Shown: positions 59,558 through 64,000 of the stretch, one piece after another
Position numbering within the stretch: position 1 is the stretch's first letter
Layout of the letters: each line of letters opens with the position of its first letter
Sequence record: SRR20825006_483
Reading direction: 5' to 3' (one strand)
DNA length: 64,000 bases
Made by a program: the position numbers and the translations under genes
Notes under the pieces: model-generated
The model's input: only the letters and a program-made list of their open reading frames with translations
Told to the model about the DNA's origin: nothing
The model's database searches: none

Positions 59558-62136
59558 AGTGTTTCGTTTCCGGGGTTTTCTCTTCCGGATGAAGAACGCA
59601 GAAACTTCTTCAGTTCAGTTTGGGCCAAATCGAAGGCACTAGCGAGTGCTTTCATCTGATTGTTGAAAAAATGCGAGGACTTCTCTTGAGACGTTTCCCC
59701 AGAAGAAAAGGTTTCCAACCTGTCAGCGATTTCTTGAGCCCGCGTCGCACCGATTGCCGAAGCGGTTCCTTTTAACGTGTGTGCGGCTCGTGCAATTTGA
59801 GTTGAATCGCCCACTTCGATGGCTTGTTGAAGCCTTTGCATTTGTGGTGGCAATTCATCCGTGATGGTTTGGACCAACATGGCGAGCACCTGCAAATCAC
59901 CGCCAACATTGTGAAGGATCACCTCGCGGTTCAATGGTTCGGCCGACGGTTCGTCAACATTGGTTGAAGGTGACTTTTCGATTGATTGAGGCGAAGAAAC
60001 CAAGTCATCTTGGTTATCGGTATGAGTGGCGAACGATTCGATTGTTTCAAACAAAACCTCCGGCGGATAGGGCTTTGTAAGGCAATCATTCATCCCCGCG
60101 TCCAAGCATCGTTGTCGGTCTTCACGCATTGCATGGGCGGTCAATGCGACAATGGGAACCTCGCTGGCCGGAGCAGGCAAGTCGTTTCGAATGATCTGAG
60201 TCGCCGTCAAACCGTCAATTTCAGGCATTTGCACGTCCATCAGAACCAGGTCGAATGAATGCAATCGGAGTTGTTCGATTGCGTCTTTCGCATTGGAAAC
60301 GGATGTCACACGATGACCTCTCGAACGCAGCATGGTTTCCGCGACGGTGCGGTTGATGGCACCGTCTTCAACTAGCAATAGTTCACGCGGTTGGTCGCAC
60401 TGACCAAATGACTTGGTGGACGTCTCGAGCGGCTGTGTCTTCGCAATCTCGTGAGGCTCCACCCCATTGGTTGTCCGCAACGGGATGTCGAAGCGAAAGC
60501 TGCTGCCTTCGTTTGGAACACTGCTGACCTGCAGACGTCCACCCATCAACTCCACCAATTGCGAACTGATTGATAAACCCAATCCGGTTCCGCCGAACCG
60601 TCGCGTCGTGGATGAGTCGCCTTGAGTGAATGCCTCAAAGATCTTGGCCTGCTGTTGCTGCGTCATGCCGATACCGGTGTCGGTGATCGTGAATGCGATG
60701 CGAGATCCTTTCGAATCCGATGTGTCCAACGTCGTCGCGTCTCGCGTTTCGTTCTCGACGGTTACAGTGACTCGGCCCTGTTCGGTGAACTTCAGAGCGT
60801 TTCCGACCAGATTGATCAGGACCTGACGGAGTCGTGTGGGGTCACCGACAATGATTTCGGGGACTCCGACGGGCGGTTGGAATTGCAGATCGACCTCTTC
60901 GTTCTTGAGATTCACAACGGCGTGCATCGTTTGGCTGAGAAGATCCTTCAACTCAAACGGAACCGATTCCAACGTCATCTGTCCTGAATCGACCTTCGAG
61001 AAATCGAGGATGTCGTTCAGTACGGTGAGCAGACCTTTTGCCGAGGTCTGAATCATATACATGTAGTGTCGCTGTTGCTCATCGAGCGAACTGCGGGTCA
61101 TCAGTTCGGCGGTTCCCAAAATGCCGTGCATGGGCGTTCGGATTTCGTGGCTCATGTTGGCCAGGAATTGATTCTTGATGATGGCCGCTTGCCGGGCTTG
61201 CGCGGCGGCCTGGGTGGCCAAATCACGCTGGTCTTGTAACAGAGCGTGGCTGCGCTGTTGGGCAACGATTCCAGCCTTCAGCATTCCAATGCTGGTGACT
61301 GCACCCAAAAACAGAGTGATGAGTGCGGCAATGATTCCCATCGCACCGAGCCGGGTCAGGATGATCGAATGGATGTAGTTTTCGGCGGGGAAATCGACTC
61401 CGACCAACGACTCAACCTTCCCATCGGCATCAAATAGAGGCGCGTAAGCGGAAACCCATTTCCCCCATCGGTCTCGACTGGGTTGATTGGCAAAAGTTGT
61501 CACTCCGCGGAAAGCTTGTTCGATTTGCTCGACGCTGCTGTCAGAAAAAATCTCGCCGATCTCAGTGCGACTTTCTCGAACGCCTTCAATCCTTCCATCG
61601 CCGCTATAGTCGGTCTCTGAGTCGACGATGATTTTGTAGAGATGTCCGTTGTTGTTTTCGCGATCGGGCAACGGACGGGTGGACAAATCCAACTCTGTGA
61701 CCCGCCGCATGGTGTAGATGTCGGTGACTTGTGGATTGACCGATAACCAACGTTTCTGAGCCTCAATCATGCGAAGGTATTGCGGATCATCCGGCGATGT
61801 TTGCTCGTCGATGTTCGCATGCCCAAGCTGTTGCAACTCGGCCGCATAGGTTGGTGCAATTCCGAAAACTTGTTGTCGCATTCGCGATCGCTGGACACGG
61901 TCCGCGGTTTCGACCGCTATGAAACCACCGATCAGCAACAAGACGAGAATGCAGAATGACAGCCTCGTCCGCAAGCCGGAACCAATCGCTTCGGGAGAGG
62001 TGGATGTTTCCGGGTGCGTCGTGGAAGGCGGCGGCATTGCCCGTCGGACGCGCGAAAGGATGGAGGAGTGCCCGACTAAGAACACGATGGTGAACAAAGC
62101 GTAGTCGATGCGATATTCGTACCACGCTTGCCACAT
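59554..62136 (-). CDS. Membrane hybrid histidine kinase (HisKA-HATPase-REC-Hpt)
   Basis: TM helices and periplasmic domain ([13 protein letters not shown]), [44 protein letters not shown] (Hpt). Confidence 0.93.
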   Translation of the reverse strand: MWQAWYEYRIDYALFTIVFLVGHSSILSRVRRAMPPPSTTHPETSTSPEAIGSGLRTRLSFCILVLLLIGGFIAVETADRVQRSRMRQQVFGIAPTYAAELQQLGHANIDEQTSPDDPQYLRMIEAQKRWLSVNPQVTDIYTMRRVTELDLSTRPLPDRENNNGHLYKIIVDSETDYSGDGRIEGVRESRTEIGEIFSDSSVEQIEQAFRGVTTFANQPSRDRWGKWVSAYAPLFDADGKVESLVGVDFPAENYIHSIILTRLGAMGIIAALITLFLGAVTSIGMLKAGIVAQQRSHALLQDQRDLATQAAAQARQAAIIKNQFLANMSHEIRTPMHGILGTAELMTRSSLDEQQRHYMYMIQTSAKGLLTVLNDILDFSKVDSGQMTLESVPFELKDLLSQTMHAVVNLKNEEVDLQFQPPVGVPEIIVGDPTRLRQVLINLVGNALKFTEQGRVTVTVENETRDATTLDTSDSKGSRIAFTITDTGIGMTQQQQAKIFEAFTQGDSSTTRRFGGTGLGLSISSQLVELMGGRLQVSSVPNEGSSFRFDIPLRTTNGVEPHEIAKTQPLETSTKSFGQCDQPRELLLVEDGAINRTVAETMLRSRGHRVTSVSNAKDAIEQLRLHSFDLVLMDVQMPEIDGLTATQIIRNDLPAPASEVPIVALTAHAMREDRQRCLDAGMNDCLTKPYPPEVLFETIESFATHTDNQDDLVSSPQSIEKSPSTNVDEPSAEPLNREVILHNVGGDLQVLAMLVQTITDELPPQMQRLQQAIEVGDSTQIARAAHTLKGTASAIGATRAQEIADRLETFSSGETSQEKSSHFFNNQMKALASAFDLAQTELKKFLRSSSGRENPGNETL

Positions 62137-62139
62137 TGG

Positions 62140-62514
62140 TCAGTTGCCCTGCGTGGGAGCGAGAGTGTGTAGCACCAGCATTCCGACTCCTGCGAAGAGT
62201 GCAATCGTGTAGATCAGCACCACAATTGACCAGATGATTCGTTGCCAAGCAGAAAAATTTGGGTTTCGCCACAACAGCGGTATCCCGAAGGCACCGGTCA
62301 CAAAAAACAAGACTGTCAATGTTGCCACGGGACGATTCGACCACTGGGCCGCATCGTCGTCATTGGTGCCTTTCAAGTACGCCGGTGCAACCGTTCCTGG
62401 CTGAATGACGATCGAACGGTGAACACTATCGGTGACGCCATGCGTTTGTTCCGCTGACGAGTCAACGCCTTCGTTCGGCGGGGGGAGTTCCAGGTTCGCT
62501 TCGGCGGAAGTCAT
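62140..62514 (-). CDS. Small hypothetical membrane protein
   Basis: Two C-terminal hydrophobic helices (LFFVTGAFGIPLLW..); closely spaced in the operon. Confidence 0.7.
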   Translation of the reverse strand: MTSAEANLELPPPNEGVDSSAEQTHGVTDSVHRSIVIQPGTVAPAYLKGTNDDDAAQWSNRPVATLTVLFFVTGAFGIPLLWRNPNFSAWQRIIWSIVVLIYTIALFAGVGMLVLHTLAPTQGN

Positions 62515-62527
62515 CCAGACGATCTCG

Positions 62528-64000
62528 CTAAGGAAGTTTGTCGACGGCGGCACCGGCAGATGTTTCCGCTAATCGACTTTGTGCGGTGGCAACGAGCGGT
62601 TCGACAGCCGCATTGGACCCATACAGTTCTTCGATGCTGTACCAGATCTTCCGCGCCGCGATGGTTCGCCCTTCGACGAACATACGGTCGGCTTCTTTCA
62701 GCCGGTCCGTGATGATCCGGGCGGCTTCGGTTTGGTTGGTGTCCGCCTGTGAGATCTGCGCAATGCGGTTGCGGGCGAGATTGACCAATGGTTTGTATTG
62801 TTCTTCGTCTCCGAGCACCGTGATCATCGATTGGTATTTGTCGACTGCGGTGGCATTGTCTCCGAACGTTTCATACCGCATGGCCTCGGCAACCAGGCGT
62901 TCGGCTTCGTTCTGGAGAGGCAAGTTGCGATTCATCTTGACTGTCAAAGCATGCTCAGCCTCGACCATTCGCACGCGGTCAATTTGTTCGGCCGCCCATT
63001 CGGAGTGTTCTCCATCCGGGAATTGAGCCAACATTGGTTCCAGGTAACTGATGCGAGCTTGCGACATCGACGAGCGTGTGTCTTGTGCTAGCAACTCCTC
63101 TGCTTCGTTTCGCATCTTTGATTCGTTCATTGGCCAAGCGACCCATACCAATATGCCGATCAACAAAGCCAGGATTGGTAGCAGCACCAATGCTTGATCG
63201 TGCCACGGTGTCGCATCCGGAATCGAATCAACCTCCGCTTCGATTTCCTTTCGCCCCAGCAGCTTGCGGGCTTCTTTCCGATCCGCATCGTCCGTCACCG
63301 ACAACGGACTGAAACCACTCGAGGCATGCTCGGCGACACCACTGCGAGACATGGAACGTTTGCGGACTTCGGCTAGCTGGAGCTTGACCGCGGCAGCCGA
63401 CACCGGGCGTTGTCCGGGATCTTTGTTGAGCAACTGCATTACCAATCGATCCATCCACACGGGGCATTCCATCACGGTGGAAGCCACGGAAGTTGGCGAC
63501 TGATATTTCAGGTTGCTGGTGACTTCTTGAACGGTGGAACCAGTGATCGGCGGGGCACCTGTGAGTGCTTCGTATAGCAACGCACCGAACAGATAGAGGT
63601 CGGTGCGGGCGGTCACCGGATCGTTTGGCGTGGGGGCCTCCGGAGCCGACCGCATCATTTGGCCGATCGATGGTGGACGCGAAACGTGGTACGGACCGCT
63701 TCGAAAGGGAGGCGTTCCGTCGACGTCGCGAACATCGATCAAGACCGGACTCAGCCCAGCGATGATGACTTTGTCAGGGGTGATTCTTCCGTGAACGATG
63801 TCGCGGTCGTGCAGATACATCAACGCATCGATCAGAGGTTCCGCAAGTTCTAGAACCGATTCCCAAGGCAATCGACCTCGACGCTGGATCTCTTCGGCCA
63901 AAGTGGATCCTTCGACCAACTCATGAGCCAGGTAGGCTTCTGACTCTTCAAAGCCGCCGCCGTAGCATTTGACGATCGCTGGATGATCAAGCCGTTTGAG
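62528..64000 (-). CDS. Membrane-anchored Ser/Thr kinase-like protein, probable pseudokinase (5' end beyond window)
   Basis: Frame stays open to the edge (LKRLDHPAIVKCYGGG..ELVEG); APE, TDLYLFG..YEALTG, KDPGQRP; catalytic loop HGRITPDK; one TM and a helical external domain. Confidence 0.85.
   Translation of the reverse strand, partial: LKRLDHPAIVKCYGGGFEESEAYLAHELVEGSTLAEEIQRRGRLPWESVLELAEPLIDALMYLHDRDIVHGRITPDKVIIAGLSPVLIDVRDVDGTPPFRSGPYHVSRPPSIGQMMRSAPEAPTPNDPVTARTDLYLFGALLYEALTGAPPITGSTVQEVTSNLKYQSPTSVASTVMECPVWMDRLVMQLLNKDPGQRPVSAAAVKLQLAEVRKRSMSRSGVAEHASSGFSPLSVTDDADRKEARKLLGRKEIEAEVDSIPDATPWHDQALVLLPILALLIGILVWVAWPMNESKMRNEAEELLAQDTRSSMSQARISYLEPMLAQFPDGEHSEWAAEQIDRVRMVEAEHALTVKMNRNLPLQNEAERLVAEAMRYETFGDNATAVDKYQSMITVLGDEEQYKPLVNLARNRIAQISQADTNQTEAARIITDRLKEADRMFVEGRTIAARKIWYSIEELYGSNAAVEPLVATAQSRLAETSAGAAVDKLP

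Overview
Gene-dense, GC-rich bacterial chromosome segment, most likely from Rhodopirellula baltica or a close relative. This rests on a protein that matches, from recall, the haloalkane dehalogenase DrbA, plus DUF1559 paralogues, a sulfatase and H4MPT-linked C1 genes. About 50 CDSs are supported; I saw no rRNA, tRNA, CRISPR array or transposase. Two CDSs run off the edges: a degenerate PilB/GspE-like ATPase (<1..1195), absent from the ORF track, and a Ser/Thr pseudokinase (62528..>64000), truncated in the track. The most striking system spans 46145-57221: a three-gene DAB-type (DUF2309) inorganic-carbon pump operon and a SulP transporter flank a histidine kinase and a sigma54 enhancer-binding regulator. 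Both transport units carry a -24/-12 sigma54 promoter and a matching pair of TGCA-N6-TGCA palindromes at enhancer distance, which suggests a two-component, sigma54-controlled CO2/bicarbonate uptake regulon. Other highlights are a secreted protein with mirror-image 16-residue repeats suggesting a long beta-hairpin fibre, a His-Asp phosphorelay ending in a REC-Ser/Thr kinase fusion, further sigma54 promoters (csrA, hsp20, repeat protein) and several pseudo-enzymes. All family assignments come from motif recognition, not database searches.
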